Source: a phage
Reading direction: 5' to 3' (one strand)
Sequence record: PZ386951.1
Length of the DNA stretch: 64,000 nt
Shown: positions 22,901-33,028 of the stretch, in pieces
Numbering within the stretch: position 1 is the first letter of the stretch
How the letters are laid out: each line of letters opens with the position of its first letter
Translations under genes and position numbers: made by a program
The notes under the pieces: generated by a model
What the model saw: the letters and a program-made list of their open reading frames with translations, nothing else
Told to the model about the DNA's origin: nothing
Databases searched by the model: none

Positions 22901-23866
22901 AAAGTTTGGGGAAATCAGTTTAGTGGCAGACCAGATTCAACACGTTCTACTGTATTTGAAGTTGGTGACGAAACATCTCATCACTTTTATTCTCAGCGCA
23001 ATACAGCTGGAAATATAATGTTTAATATCAATGGTACTGTAATGCCGATAAATGTAAATGCTTCGGGCTCATTGAATGCAAACGGCGTTGCAACATTTGG
23101 TAATTCAGTTACTGCTAATGGAGAATTTACCAGTAAATCACCAAATGCTTTTAGAGCAATAAATGGAAATTACGGATTCTTTATTCGTAATGCTGGTAAT
23201 GACACCTATTTTATGCTCACTGCAGCCGGTGATCAGAGCGGTGGATTTAATGGATTACGTCCATTATCAATTAATAATCAATCCGGTCAGGTTACGATTG
23301 GTGAAAGCTTAATTGTTGCCAAAGGTGTTACTATAAATTCAGGTGGTTTAACTGTTAACTCGAGAATTCGTTCTCAGGGTTCTAAAACATCTGATTTATA
23401 TACCCGTGTACCGACATCTGATACGGTAGGATTCTGGTCAATCGATATTAATGATTCAGCCACTTATAACCAGTTCCCGGGTTATTTTAAAATGGTCGAA
23501 AAAACTAATGAGGTGACTGGACTTCCATACTTAGAGCGTGGAGAAGAAGTTAAATCTCCTGGTACATTGACTCAGTTTGGTAACACGCTTGATTCGCTTT
23601 ACCAAGATTGGATTACTTATCCAACGACACCAGAAGCGCGCACCACTCGCTGGACACGTACCTGGCAGAAAACCAAAAACTCTTGGTCAAGTTTTGTTCA
23701 GGTGTTTGACGGAGGTAATCCTCCTCAACCGTCTGATATTGGTGCTTTACCATCTGATAATGCTACAATGGGAAATCTTACTATTCGTGATTTCTTGCGA
23801 ATTGGTAATGTTCGCATTGTTCCTGACCCAGTGAATAAATCTGTTAAATTTGAATGGGTTGAATAA
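20000..23866 (+). CDS. 34: long tail fibre proximal subunit gp34 (1288 aa)
   Basis: size; about 30-aa internal repeats (TPKKL...ATE..G...IAT); late promoter upstream. Confidence 0.95.
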   Translation: MAEIKRKFRAEDGLDAGGDKIINVALADRTVGTDGVNVDYLIQENTVQQYDPTRGYLKDFVIIYDNRFWAAINDIPKPAGAFNSGRWRALRTDANWITVSSGSYQLKSGEAISVNTAAGNDITFTLPSSPIDGDTIVLQDIGGKPGVNQVLIVAPVQSIVNFRGQQVRSVLMTHPKSQLVLIFSNRLWQMYVADYSREAVVVTPANTYQAQSNDFIVRRFTSAASINIKLPRFANHGDIINFVDLDKLNPLYHTIVTTYDETTSIQEDGTHSIEGRTSIDGFLMFDDNEKLWRLFDGDSKARLRIITTNSNIRPNEEVMVFGANNGIAQTIELQLPTNISVGDTVKISMNYMRKGQTVKIKAAGEDKIASSVQLLQFPKRSEYPPEAEWVTVQELVFNGETNYVPVLQLAYIEDSDGKYWVVQQNVPTVERVDSLNDSTRARLGVIALATQAQANVDLENSPQKELAITPETLANRTATETRRGIARIATTAQVNQNTTFSFADDVIITPKKLNERTATETRRGVAEIATQQETNAGTDDTTIITPKKLQARQGSESLSGIVTFVSTAGATPASSRELNGTNVYNKNTNNLVVSPKALDQYKATPTQQGAVILAVESEVIAGQSQQGWANAVVTPETLHKKTSTDGRIGLIEIATQSEVNTGTDYTRAVTPKTLNDRKATESLSGIAEIATQVEFDAGVDDTRISTPLKIKTRFNSTDRTSVVALSGLVESGTLWDHYTLNILEANETQRGTLRVATQVEAAAGKLDNVLITPKKLLGTKSTESQEGVIKVATQSEVVAGTSANTAVSPKNLKWIVQSEPSWRATTAVRGFVKTSSGSITFVGNDTVGSTQDLELYEKNNYAVSPYELNRVLANYLPLKAKAADTNLLDGLDSSQFIRRDIAQTVNGSLTLTQQTNLSAPLVSSSTATFSGSVSVNTLTISKTGTAARLIFEKGPQTETNPAQTVTIKVWGNQFSGRPDSTRSTVFEVGDETSHHFYSQRNTAGNIMFNINGTVMPINVNASGSLNANGVATFGNSVTANGEFTSKSPNAFRAINGNYGFFIRNAGNDTYFMLTAAGDQSGGFNGLRPLSINNQSGQVTIGESLIVAKGVTINSGGLTVNSRIRSQGSKTSDLYTRVPTSDTVGFWSIDINDSATYNQFPGYFKMVEKTNEVTGLPYLERGEEVKSPGTLTQFGNTLDSLYQDWITYPTTPEARTTRWTRTWQKTKNSWSSFVQVFDGGNPPQPSDIGALPSDNATMGNLTIRDFLRIGNVRIVPDPVNKSVKFEWVE
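21431..21570 (+). repeat. intragenic direct repeats in gene 34
   Basis: 20-bp exact repeat GCTACTGAAACTCGCAGAGG at 21431 and 21551 within periodic protein repeats. Confidence 0.7.
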
Positions 23867-23874
23867 GAGGTATT

Positions 23875-24990
23875 ATGGAAAAATTTATGGCAGAGTTTGG
23901 ACAAGGATATGTCCAAACGCCATTTTTATCGGAAAGTAATTCAGTAAGATATAAAATAAGTATAGCGGGTTCTTGCCCGCTTTCTACTGCAGGACCATAC
24001 GTTAAATTTCAGGATAATCCTGTCGGAAGTCAAACATTTAGCGCAGGCCTTCATTTAAGAGTTTTTGACCCTTCCACCGGAGCATTAGTTGATAGTAAGT
24101 CATATGCTTTTTCGACTTCAAATGATACTACATCAGCTGCTTTTGTTAGTTTCATGAATTCTTTGACGAATAATCGAATTGTTGCTATGTTAACTAACGG
24201 AAAGGTTAATTTTCCTCCTGAAGTAGCATCTTGGTTAAGAACCGCCGGAACGTCTGCTTTTCCATCTGACTCTGTATTGTCAAGATTCGACGTATCATAT
24301 GCTGCTTTTTATACTTCTTCTAAAAGAGCTATCGCATTAGAGCATGTTAAACTGAGTAATAGAAAAAGCACAGATGATTATCAAACTATTTTAGATGTTG
24401 TATTTGACAGTTTAGAAGATGTTGGAGCTACCGGGTTTCCAAGAAGAACGTATGAAAGCGTTGAGCAATTTATGTCGGCAGTCGGTGGAACTAATAACGA
24501 AATTGCGCGTCTACCAACTTCAGCTGCTATAAGTAAATTATCTGATTATAATTTAATTCCTGGTGATGTTCTTTATCTTAAAGCTCAGTTATATGCTGAT
24601 GCTGATTTACTTGCTCTTGGAACTACAAATATATCTATCCGTTTTTATAATGCATCTAACGGATATATTTCTTCAACACAAGCTGAATTTACTGGACAAG
24701 CTGGTGTTTGGGAATTAAAAGAAGATTATGTAGTTGTTCCAGAAAATGCAGTAGGATTTACGATATATGCACAAAGAACTGCACAAGCTGGTCAAGGTGG
24801 AATGAGGAACTTAAGCTTTTCTGAGGTATCAAGAAATGGTAGTATTTCGAAACCCGCTGAATTTGGTGTCAATGGTATTCGAGTTAATTATGTCTGTGAA
24901 TCCGCTTCACCTCCGGATATAATGGTACTTCCTACACAAGCATCGTCTAAAACTGGTAAAGTGTTTGGGCAAGAATTTAGAGAAGTTTAA
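23875..24990 (+). CDS. 35: long tail fibre hinge connector gp35 (371 aa)
   Basis: size and operon position. Confidence 0.85.
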   Translation: MEKFMAEFGQGYVQTPFLSESNSVRYKISIAGSCPLSTAGPYVKFQDNPVGSQTFSAGLHLRVFDPSTGALVDSKSYAFSTSNDTTSAAFVSFMNSLTNNRIVAMLTNGKVNFPPEVASWLRTAGTSAFPSDSVLSRFDVSYAAFYTSSKRAIALEHVKLSNRKSTDDYQTILDVVFDSLEDVGATGFPRRTYESVEQFMSAVGGTNNEIARLPTSAAISKLSDYNLIPGDVLYLKAQLYADADLLALGTTNISIRFYNASNGYISSTQAEFTGQAGVWELKEDYVVVPENAVGFTIYAQRTAQAGQGGMRNLSFSEVSRNGSISKPAEFGVNGIRVNYVCESASPPDIMVLPTQASSKTGKVFGQEFREV

Positions 24991-24995
24991 ATTGA

Positions 24996-25020
24996 GGGAG
25001 CCTTCGGGTTCCCTTTTTTC
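24996..25020 (+). terminator. rho-independent terminator after gene 35
   Basis: GGGAGCC-UUCG-GGUUCCC followed by UUUUUU. Confidence 0.7.
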
Positions 25021-25022
25021 TT

Positions 25023-25030
25023 TATAAATA
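25023..25030 (+). promoter_or_regulatory. late promoter upstream of gene 36
   Basis: exact TATAAATA right after terminator. Confidence 0.65.
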
Positions 25031-25053
25031 CTATTAAAATAAAGGGGCATACA

Positions 25054-25719
25054 ATGGCTGATTTAAAAGTAGGTTCAACAACTGGAGGCTCTGTCATTTG
25101 GCATCAAGGAAATTTTCCATTGAATCCAGCCGGTGACGATATACTCTATAAATCATTTAAAATATATTCAGAATATAATAAACCACAAGCTGCTGATAAC
25201 GATTTCGTTTCTAAAGCTAATGGTGGTACTTATGCATCAAAGGTAACATTTAACGGCGGTGTCCAAGTCCCGTATGCTGCAAACATCATGAGCCCATGCG
25301 GTATTTATGGGGGTAACGGTGATGCAGCTACTTTTGATACAGCAAATATCGATATTGTTTCATGGTATGGCGTAGGATTTAAATCGTCATTTGGTACAAC
25401 AGGCCGAACTGTTGTAATTAATACACGCAATGGTGATATTAACACAAAAGGTGTTGTGTCGGCAGCTGGTCAAGTAAGAAGTGGTGCGGCTGCTCCTATA
25501 GCAGCGAATGATCTTACTAGAAAGGACTATGTTGATGGAGCAATAAATAATGTTACAGCAAATGCGAACTCTAGAGTGTTGCGTTCTGGCGACACTATGA
25601 CAGGTAATTTAACGGCGCCAAACTTTTTCTCACAGAATCCTGCATCTCAACCTTCACATGTTCCACGATTTGACCAAATCGTAATTAAGGATTCTGTTCA
25701 AGATTTCGGCTATTATTAA
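25054..25719 (+). CDS. 36: long tail fibre small distal subunit gp36 (221 aa)
   Basis: size, position, own late promoter. Confidence 0.85.
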   Translation: MADLKVGSTTGGSVIWHQGNFPLNPAGDDILYKSFKIYSEYNKPQAADNDFVSKANGGTYASKVTFNGGVQVPYAANIMSPCGIYGGNGDAATFDTANIDIVSWYGVGFKSSFGTTGRTVVINTRNGDINTKGVVSAAGQVRSGAAAPIAANDLTRKDYVDGAINNVTANANSRVLRSGDTMTGNLTAPNFFSQNPASQPSHVPRFDQIVIKDSVQDFGYY

Positions 25720-25727
25720 GAGGACTT

Positions 25728-28700
25728 ATGGCTACTTTAAAACAAATACAATTTAAAAGAAGCAAAACCGCAGGTGCACGTCCTGCTGCTTCAGTATTAG
25801 CCGAAGGTGAATTGGCTATAAACTTAAAAGATAGAACAATTTTTACTAAAGATGATTCAGGAAATATCATTGATCTAGGTATTGCTAAAGGCGGCCAGGT
25901 TGATGGTGATGTAACTATCAACGGTAAATTAACATTAAATGGCGCGTATGTTCAGACGCTGGCTGGTATTAATACCACGGGTGGTATTAATTCTGGAGCC
26001 GCTATAAGTGCAACAACTTATTATGCTCGGTCTGGTTCTTTTTATGCTCGTGCTCCAGATGCCAATGCGAATACACATGTTTGGTTTGAAAATAACAATG
26101 GTATAGAACGTGGTGTGATTTGGGCTGTTCCGAACACTTCAGACCTAGGCTCGGTACGTATTCGAGCAAAAACCGCAGGTGGTGTTTTTGCCGGCGAGTA
26201 CAGTTTCCGCTCTGATGGCCGATTTGATGTTCCTGTAGCAGTTAAAATCGGCGGAGCAGCGATGCTAACCAAAGATGGCAACATTACCTCTGGTTCTATG
26301 TTTGGCGGTAACCTTAACAACTATTTGACTTCTATTAAAAATGACATTGTTGCTGGTGATAATAAGAAAGTAAGTAAAACCGGTGACACGATGTCCGGTA
26401 ACTTGACTATTAACGCTAACTTAAAAGTCGAAAACTCTAATGGAACGTTTGTTGATTTAGGTTCAGAGAACTCTGATAAGTATAGCAGATTAACTCTTGC
26501 TCGTAAAATTGGCGATGGCGCTGGTGTAGCAATGCTTAAAGTTACTCCTGAAGGAAACGTGCAATTTGGTTATCAACCTACAGTTGCTACTCCATCTCCT
26601 ACCAAGTATATTCTAATTAAATCTAATGGTCTTGAAGTAGAAGGGGATTTAGTTTTTAAGCAAACTTATCGTGGTACTGAAGAAGCAATTGATATTACTG
26701 ATCAGACTATTGACCTTAATAGTCTGATCATTAGACACTCAGATTTAGGCACTCGTAAGCTGTATAAATGCAGATCATCTGGCGGTGGTTCTAATATATT
26801 GAACAAACCTACATCTGACGGCAACTTTACTCTTGAAGTTCTGTCTTTACGCAAGGTTTCTGATACCGATTGGTCATGTAAACAGACCTTTACTACAAAG
26901 AACAACAATGTCGTAGGCGTATATGTTCGCTACGGGCAAGGTGGCTCATGGTCTGCATGGCAAGAAGTTGTATCTGGTGTTCAACCAATTAATTTAGGTG
27001 GTACTGGAGCAACTTCTGTAGCTGCTGCCCGTAATAACCTTGGTATTGGTGCAGGCCAAACTGTAACATTCGGTAATTTAGTTACCACCGATTTAACCGT
27101 AAATGGAAATGCTAGATTAGTCGGAAGACTGAACTTTGGTTCTAATTCTCAGTCGGCTGGTGTATTACGAGCCAACGAAGGTGGGGCTGTTGTTTTAAGT
27201 TCTGCAAGTGGTGCAAACATCCACATCAGAGCGGACGGCGATACTTCTACCGGTGAAACTCGCTTTGAGCCAAATGGCAACGTTGTAGTCGGTGGTGCTA
27301 TTACAGCATCTCAGCGTATTACAGTTAATGCTGCCACCGATGCTATTGTTGTTAACGCTCCAACTCAAGCATCATCCAACTATATTCAGGGTCGTAAAGC
27401 TGGTGTCGCTAAATGGTATGTCGGCATTGGCGATGATGGTGATGCAGTACGTCTACATAACAATGTATATTACCATGGTATTGGATTGAGCGCTGATACT
27501 GTCGATATTACCAAGCCTCTTAAAATAGGAAATGTTAAACTAGGAACTGACGGTAATATCACCGGTGGTTCTGGCAATTTTTCTAACTTGAACACAACAT
27601 TAAACCGCAAAGTTAATGTTGGCGTATGGTCAGGTGTTGATAAAGTAGTAGGATGGTACTGGTACAAATTCGCTACTGTAACAATGCCACAATCTACATC
27701 TACCGCGCGTTTCAAAATTATCGGCGGGAATGGTTATAATGCTAATTCTCCTGAACAAGCATCTGTAAGTGAAATTGTTCTTAGAACTGGTAATAATAAT
27801 CCTAAATCTATTAATGCGGTGCTGTGGTCTAGCACTAGTACCAGCCCGTCAAACATTGCTACAGTGAATACATCTGGCGATAATTATGATGTATATGTAT
27901 ACATGGGCTCTTTTGCCCAATCTTTATTAGTTGAATATGATGCTACAGTGAATATTAGCGATATTTCGGTAATCGGTCTTAATGGTGCATCTCAATCACC
28001 GGTAGAAGAATTACCTGCAGACCATGTGCTTGGACACGTGTATAAGATGTATTCCGATGCTCAGATACCTTATCCTGTTGGCGCTCCTATTCCATGGCCG
28101 AGAGATTCAATTCCAGATGGATTTGCTTTAATGGAAGGCCAGACCTTTGATAAGTCTGCATATCCAAAGCTAGCTATTGCGTATCCTAGTGGTGTTATTC
28201 CTGATATGCGAGGCCAGACTATTAAGGGTAAACCGAGCGGTCGCGCAGTGTTGAGTGCTGAAGCTGATGGTATTAAGTCCCATACCCATATTGCCTCAGC
28301 ATCCACTACTGCTTTGTCTGGTACTACAAGCGCTACTGATTTAGGGACTAAAACTGTTAGTACAACAGATCTAGGCCGTAAACATACCAATCTTGCTGGT
28401 ATGCATACTCATACAGTATCCGGTACAACGAGTACTGACGGTAGGCACGCACACACTGCTTCACTTGGTAACAACGCTAACGTTCAGTCCGGTAGATTTG
28501 CAGCATCCAATTCCGGTCAGACAGCAACGACATGGACAAACGAGGATGGTCTACACTCACACACGTGGTCAGGTACTACGTCAGTAGGTCCAGAACATAG
28601 TCACTATACTGATATCGGTACACATAACCATACAGTGGCTATAGGTTCACATACTCACACGTTTTCTATTGCTGCTCATGACCATACGATTACTGTAAAT

Positions 28701-28766
28701 AGTACAGGTAATACAGAAAATACAGTTAAAAACATTGCTTTTAACTATATCGTTCGTTTAGCGTAA
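25728..28766 (+). CDS. 37: long tail fibre distal subunit gp37 (1012 aa), T4-type
   Basis: C-terminal His-x-His repeats ([30 protein letters not shown]) typical of T4 gp37. Confidence 0.9.
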   Translation: MATLKQIQFKRSKTAGARPAASVLAEGELAINLKDRTIFTKDDSGNIIDLGIAKGGQVDGDVTINGKLTLNGAYVQTLAGINTTGGINSGAAISATTYYARSGSFYARAPDANANTHVWFENNNGIERGVIWAVPNTSDLGSVRIRAKTAGGVFAGEYSFRSDGRFDVPVAVKIGGAAMLTKDGNITSGSMFGGNLNNYLTSIKNDIVAGDNKKVSKTGDTMSGNLTINANLKVENSNGTFVDLGSENSDKYSRLTLARKIGDGAGVAMLKVTPEGNVQFGYQPTVATPSPTKYILIKSNGLEVEGDLVFKQTYRGTEEAIDITDQTIDLNSLIIRHSDLGTRKLYKCRSSGGGSNILNKPTSDGNFTLEVLSLRKVSDTDWSCKQTFTTKNNNVVGVYVRYGQGGSWSAWQEVVSGVQPINLGGTGATSVAAARNNLGIGAGQTVTFGNLVTTDLTVNGNARLVGRLNFGSNSQSAGVLRANEGGAVVLSSASGANIHIRADGDTSTGETRFEPNGNVVVGGAITASQRITVNAATDAIVVNAPTQASSNYIQGRKAGVAKWYVGIGDDGDAVRLHNNVYYHGIGLSADTVDITKPLKIGNVKLGTDGNITGGSGNFSNLNTTLNRKVNVGVWSGVDKVVGWYWYKFATVTMPQSTSTARFKIIGGNGYNANSPEQASVSEIVLRTGNNNPKSINAVLWSSTSTSPSNIATVNTSGDNYDVYVYMGSFAQSLLVEYDATVNISDISVIGLNGASQSPVEELPADHVLGHVYKMYSDAQIPYPVGAPIPWPRDSIPDGFALMEGQTFDKSAYPKLAIAYPSGVIPDMRGQTIKGKPSGRAVLSAEADGIKSHTHIASASTTALSGTTSATDLGTKTVSTTDLGRKHTNLAGMHTHTVSGTTSTDGRHAHTASLGNNANVQSGRFAASNSGQTATTWTNEDGLHSHTWSGTTSVGPEHSHYTDIGTHNHTVAIGSHTHTFSIAAHDHTITVNSTGNTENTVKNIAFNYIVRLA

Positions 28767-28772
28767 GGAGAG

Positions 28773-28786
28773 GGGCTTCGGCCCCT
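28773..28786 (+). promoter_or_regulatory. hairpin splitting the gene 38 ribosome-binding site
   Basis: GGGGC-UUCG-GCCCC lies between AAGGAGAGG and ATG of gene 38. Confidence 0.65.
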
Positions 28787-28793
28787 TCTAAAT

Positions 28794-29345
28794 ATGAAAA
28801 TTTATCATTATTATTTTGACACGAAAGAATTTTACAAAGAAGAAAATTACAAACCGATTAAAGGCCTTGGTCTTCCTGCTCATTCAACAAATAAAAAACC
28901 TTTAGATCCTAAAGAAGGATACGCAGTTGTATTTGATGAACGTATTCAGGATTGGATTTATGAAGAAGACCATCGTGGTAAACGAGCATGGACTTTTAAT
29001 AAAGAAGAAATTTTTATAAGTGACATTGGAAGACCGGTTGGTATAACCTTTGATAAGCCCGGCGAATTTGATATATGGACTGATGATGGCTGGAAAGAAG
29101 ACGAAACATATAAACGTGTTTTAATTCGTAATAGAAAAATTGAAGAACTATATAGAGAGTTCCAAGTTTTAAATAATATGATTGAAGCTTCTGTCGCCAA
29201 TAAAAAGGAAAAATTCTATTATAAAAACCTTAAGCGGTTCTTTGCTCTTTTAGAAAAACATGAGCATTTAGGTGGTGAATTCCCTGCATGGCCTGAAAAA
29301 GAACAGAAGCCTTGGTATAAGCGTTTATTCAAGCATTACGTATAA
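28794..29345 (+). CDS. 38: tail fibre assembly chaperone gp38 (183 aa), T4-type
   Basis: 183 aa; hairpin between SD and ATG. Confidence 0.85.
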   Translation: MKIYHYYFDTKEFYKEENYKPIKGLGLPAHSTNKKPLDPKEGYAVVFDERIQDWIYEEDHRGKRAWTFNKEEIFISDIGRPVGITFDKPGEFDIWTDDGWKEDETYKRVLIRNRKIEELYREFQVLNNMIEASVANKKEKFYYKNLKRFFALLEKHEHLGGEFPAWPEKEQKPWYKRLFKHYV

Positions 29346-29348
29346 ATA
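29341..29348 (+). promoter_or_regulatory. late promoter upstream of holin t
   Basis: exact TATAAATA 19 nt before ATG. Confidence 0.65.
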
Positions 29349-29366
29349 TCTTAAAAAGGAGGGTCT

Positions 29367-30023
29367 ATGGCAGCACCTAGAATATCATTTTCGCCCTCTG
29401 ATATTCTGTTTGGTGTTCTAGATCGCTTGTTCAAAGATAACGCTACCGGGAAAGTTCTTGCTTCCCGGGTAGCTGTCGTAATTCTTTTGTTTATAATGGC
29501 GATTGTTTGGTATAGGGGAGATAGTTTCTTTGAGTACTACAAGCAATCAAAGTATGAAACATACAGTGAAATTATTGAAAAGGAAAGAAACGCACGCTTT
29601 GAATCTGTCGCCCTGGAACAACTCCAGATAGTTCATATATCATCTGAGGCAGACTTTAGTGCGGTGTATTCTTTCCGCCCTAAAAACTTAAACTATTTTG
29701 TTGATATTATAGCATACGAAGGAAGATTACCTTCAACAATAACCGAAAAATCACTTGGAGGATATCCTGTTGATAAAACTATGGATGAATATGCAGTTCA
29801 TTTAAATGGACGTCATTATTATTCCAGCTCAAAATTCGCTTTTTTGCCAACTAAAAAGCCTACTCCCGAAATAAACTACATGTACAGTTGTCCATATTTT
29901 AATTTGGATAATATCTATGCTGGAACGATAACCATGTACTGGTATAGAAATGATCATATAAGTAATGACCGCCTTGAATCAATATGTGCTCAGGCGGCCA
30001 GAATATTAGGAAGGGCTAAATAA
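29367..30023 (+). CDS. t: holin T (218 aa)
   Basis: 218 aa; single N-terminal TMD then large C-terminal domain; late promoter TATAAATA at 29341-29348. Confidence 0.9.
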   Translation: MAAPRISFSPSDILFGVLDRLFKDNATGKVLASRVAVVILLFIMAIVWYRGDSFFEYYKQSKYETYSEIIEKERNARFESVALEQLQIVHISSEADFSAVYSFRPKNLNYFVDIIAYEGRLPSTITEKSLGGYPVDKTMDEYAVHLNGRHYYSSSKFAFLPTKKPTPEINYMYSCPYFNLDNIYAGTITMYWYRNDHISNDRLESICAQAARILGRAK

Positions 30024-30296
30024 TTATTTGTTCGTATACATCTCTAGATATCGATATACACCCTCAAAACCCTCGTTGAATTCGTCGATGAGGGTTTTCT
30101 TATCTTCTTGAGTTAATTCAGAAACAATTTTACGGAATGAATTCTGATTTAATTTTCTACCTTCATGCGTTACTCCAATCTCATTCAGAAATGCAATAAA
30201 ATTAGCACGATTCTCAACAATATCTTCTCTGGAAAATTTAATCAAAATAGACGCAACAGTAATAATTTCACGAACTGTATCAATGTTTTTATTCAT
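30024..30296 (-). CDS. asiA: anti-sigma70 factor AsiA (90 aa)
   Basis: 90 aa, sequence as I recall T4 AsiA (MNKNIDTVREIITVASILIKFSREDIVEN...). Confidence 0.9.
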   Translation of the reverse strand: MNKNIDTVREIITVASILIKFSREDIVENRANFIAFLNEIGVTHEGRKLNQNSFRKIVSELTQEDKKTLIDEFNEGFEGVYRYLEMYTNK

Positions 30297-30308
30297 TAAC
30301 TATACCAC

Positions 30309-30461
30309 TCAATTAGCTGACTTTGTTATAATATCATCAGACGCTTGATTTGTAAACTGGTCTGTGTTATTTTCTTCAAAAATTTTTTCTACGAATTCCT
30401 TGAACGACTCACGTTCCTGAGCTACATTATGCTCGATTACCATTTCAAGATTATGACTCAT
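30309..30461 (-). CDS. possible small ORF (50 aa)
   Basis: ATGA overlap with arn stop, but contains the asiA early promoter; may be non-coding. Confidence 0.3.
   Translation of the reverse strand: MSHNLEMVIEHNVAQERESFKEFVEKIFEENNTDQFTNQASDDIITKSAN
30324..30358 (-). promoter_or_regulatory. early promoter upstream of asiA
   Basis: GTTTACA -35, TATTATAAC -10. Confidence 0.5.
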
Positions 30462-30736
30462 TCGAAATAATCTTCAATTTCATAATCATGGACATAAAAC
30501 ATTATAGTTTTTAATACATCATCAATACTTTTTCCTGGAGCTGGAATTACATAGAAATATCCTGCTTTTGAGAGGTCTTTATAAGTTCCAATCAAGAAAT
30601 CATTATTCTCGCGATGCAGTTCTTCAACTAATTCGTTAACAATTGAGTGGTATAAATTTGGTAGAAACTTATATAGCTTTTCTAGAATATCAATTTTGAT
30701 TGTGTATTGAACCACGGATTGAGAATCAATAATCAT
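30458..30736 (-). CDS. arn: anti-restriction nuclease Arn (92 aa)
   Basis: 92 aa acidic protein next to asiA, as T4 Arn. Confidence 0.75.
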   Translation of the reverse strand: MIIDSQSVVQYTIKIDILEKLYKFLPNLYHSIVNELVEELHRENNDFLIGTYKDLSKAGYFYVIPAPGKSIDDVLKTIMFYVHDYEIEDYFE

Positions 30737-30819
30737 AGACCTTCCCCTTATGTTTCTGTTTGCGATTAGATTCTTTAAACGCTTTCTTTTTATCTTTATG
30801 AACAGAAGCTTTATTAAAA

Positions 30820-31038
30820 TTATGTTTTGCGACTAAATTGTTCATAGTGCTGAATTACCTCTCTTAAACATTTGCATGTGAATGAAAACTTTTTAGCTAC
30901 ACCACATTCAAATATATGTTCTCTTAAATCACGTGTATCAGTATATCCCATCTCAACAATAAAATGCCTTATTAGATTTTTATCTTTATCATTGAGAGAA
31001 TTAAAATAATCAGATTTTGAATTAATTTCCCTGGCCAA
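30820..31038 (-). CDS. hypothetical protein (72 aa)
   Basis: ORF in arn-motA interval. Confidence 0.45.
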   Translation of the reverse strand: MAREINSKSDYFNSLNDKDKNLIRHFIVEMGYTDTRDLREHIFECGVAKKFSFTCKCLREVIQHYEQFSRKT

Positions 31039-31318
31039 ATTGAATCACCTTCAGTTGACGTTTTAATTCTTTTATCATTTCTTCGTTCATCGCAATATAA
31101 AGATCGCGTAAAGCAGGTTTTAGCATTCCATTTACTGGAGAACTAAATGGGCACACATAATCTTTTCCTACGAGCTTTTTAGTGAATTCCATATTACAGA
31201 ACTGAAATGCCGGTTCATTGGCATAAATTCCCCATTTGGTTGACATCATTTTATTAGCATATTCCAGCGCCTGGATTTGATTCATAATTCCATCAATTTG
31301 AAACTGTTTAATATTCAT
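31022..31318 (-). CDS. hypothetical protein (98 aa)
   Basis: ORF in arn-motA interval. Confidence 0.5.
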   Translation of the reverse strand: MNIKQFQIDGIMNQIQALEYANKMMSTKWGIYANEPAFQFCNMEFTKKLVGKDYVCPFSSPVNGMLKPALRDLYIAMNEEMIKELKRQLKVIQFGQGN

Positions 31319-31779
31319 TAGTAAAGGTCCTCAGAGTAAAGTTCTTTTTCACTACCACCACGTTCAATACGTACTTGTCCAGCGTAAGTTGCAATAATCA
31401 TTGCTTCTTCACGTGTCCAATAATTACTATATTGGTCAATAAACCCTTGGTCATCATCACAAACTTGCTGAGTAACTAATTGAGATTTAACTACATCTAA
31501 AACTTCTGCCATATCTTTAGAATAATGACGAGCACCTGGAATAATAAGAGTTCGTCCATCTTTTAATTTAAAACGGTTAGCTGCACAGACAATTCGTCGT
31601 TGATACTTTTGGTTTTCATCCCAGTATGCAGACTGCCAACAGATTTCAGGAACTTCATCTAAAACATTTTGTTCTGTATATTCACCGCCGTAAGAAGCTA
31701 ATTTAGCAGCCAGACTTTCCGGTGTCTCACGCGACAAAGCTTTATCTAACAGGGCTAAACGTTCTTTAAAAGTTTTCAT
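31318..31779 (-). CDS. hypothetical protein (153 aa)
   Basis: ORF, ATGA-type coupling. Confidence 0.5.
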   Translation of the reverse strand: MKTFKERLALLDKALSRETPESLAAKLASYGGEYTEQNVLDEVPEICWQSAYWDENQKYQRRIVCAANRFKLKDGRTLIIPGARHYSKDMAEVLDVVKSQLVTQQVCDDDQGFIDQYSNYWTREEAMIIATYAGQVRIERGGSEKELYSEDLY

Positions 31780-32105
31780 TTAAACCATCCTTTAATACGT
31801 TGCCACAAAGTTTTCTGTTGAGCTTTGTTAACACCAATTGAACGAATAACCGGTTGAGATTCCTGGAATTCTTTATAATCAGCAAGGTAAATTTCGTAAG
31901 CTGCATCTGTAAAGGAACTTATCGCTGCCATAAAATTATTGCGAATACCTACTGGAGCATCTTTACTTTCACGAATAATCATGTATTTACCAGTCTTAAT
32001 CTTTACGATAGTTCCAAGATAAGCTCCATGGTACCAAATATCCCAACCCTCTTGAGTAGGTTCTGCGCAACGACGAAGTTCATTAACAATTTCTAACTTG
32101 TTCAT
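31776..32105 (-). CDS. hypothetical protein (109 aa)
   Basis: ORF immediately downstream of motA. Confidence 0.5.
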   Translation of the reverse strand: MNKLEIVNELRRCAEPTQEGWDIWYHGAYLGTIVKIKTGKYMIIRESKDAPVGIRNNFMAAISSFTDAAYEIYLADYKEFQESQPVIRSIGVNKAQQKTLWQRIKGWFK

Positions 32106-32115
32106 TATTTATTCC

Positions 32116-32751
32116 TCACAGTTCAGATGCTACAGTGATTACAGCTTCAATGTTTTCTGCCGAGCGTTTAATGTCAAGATACACATTACCGTTTTTAGCG
32201 ATTTTACAAGACATTCCGATATCAGTAAATTTCTGAATATGATGTTCCATCATTTTGTATCCAAAAATTCGCATATTTCCATTGTTGTTAATTTCAAAAT
32301 TACGAATTCCGTGAGTGCGTTTTTCTAAAATAGCGAGATAGTTACTGCGATAAGTTTCAATCTTTTTAAGAACAAATCCATTTTCATCTAAAAGTTTTAA
32401 CATGAAGTCTTTATCTTCTTCCATATCAGAAGTAATCTCACGAGCTTTACGAGTTGCTCGTTTTTTCAGCAGTTCCGGAGCATTTTCTTGTGCGTATAAA
32501 GTTGCTGCATTTGAAATAATATCCTGAGCTTCACCTGTAATGATTAATCCATCACCAGATTTCTCCACCAGGCCTTTTTTAATCAATACCCCAATATTAC
32601 TATTAACTACTGCGTTACCTAAATCTGGATGCACCTCACGAACTTCTGCAGCTGTAATGAAATCTTTCTTAGCAATAGTAATTAAAATCGCAGCAGTTTT
32701 TTCATTCAGAACAGCGTTAGAAGCTTTGATGATGTAAGTTACTTTAGACAT
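32116..32751 (-). CDS. motA: middle-transcription activator MotA (211 aa)
   Basis: 211 aa, sequence as I recall T4 MotA. Confidence 0.85.
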   Translation of the reverse strand: MSKVTYIIKASNAVLNEKTAAILITIAKKDFITAAEVREVHPDLGNAVVNSNIGVLIKKGLVEKSGDGLIITGEAQDIISNAATLYAQENAPELLKKRATRKAREITSDMEEDKDFMLKLLDENGFVLKKIETYRSNYLAILEKRTHGIRNFEINNNGNMRIFGYKMMEHHIQKFTDIGMSCKIAKNGNVYLDIKRSAENIEAVITVASEL

Positions 32752-32789
32752 TTTCTAATCTCCGTAATTCTGTATCAGTAGTTGATAGT

Positions 32790-32823
32790 TGTATAGTACC
32801 ACAGTATGCTTTGGTTGTAAACC
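32790..32823 (-). promoter_or_regulatory. early promoter upstream of motA
   Basis: GTTTACA -35, TGG-TACTATAC -10. Confidence 0.6.
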
Positions 32824-32844
32824 GTTTTGTGAAAAAATTTTTGA

Positions 32845-32873
32845 AATAAAAAAGGGAGAGCCTCGGCTCTCCC
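32845..32873 (-). terminator. rho-independent terminator after gene 52 operon
   Basis: 8-bp stem GGGAGAGC + U-run; directly upstream of motA promoter. Confidence 0.65.
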
Positions 32874-32878
32874 TAAAA

Positions 32879-33028
32879 TTACTGCATGACTGTGATAACT
32901 GTCATGATAACACGTTGAATTCCGAACGCAAGAAGACCTCCTGCTACGGCTGGAACAACACCTAAACCCGCCAGTAAAATGCTACCGGATACTAATGCAG
33001 CGCTTGTAATACCAATGAATGGACTCAT
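32879..33028 (-). CDS. small hydrophobic protein (49 aa), below ORF-track cutoff
   Basis: ATGA overlap with gene 52 stop; followed by terminator. Confidence 0.5.
   Translation of the reverse strand: MSPFIGITSAALVSGSILLAGLGVVPAVAGGLLAFGIQRVIMTVITVMQ

Noticed and set aside
26042-28587. Several short ORFs on either strand
   Set aside because: Nested in or antisense to gene 37
28300-28700. Periodic His-rich repeats as a possible repeat array
   Set aside because: In-frame protein repeats within gene 37, not spacer-repeat architecture
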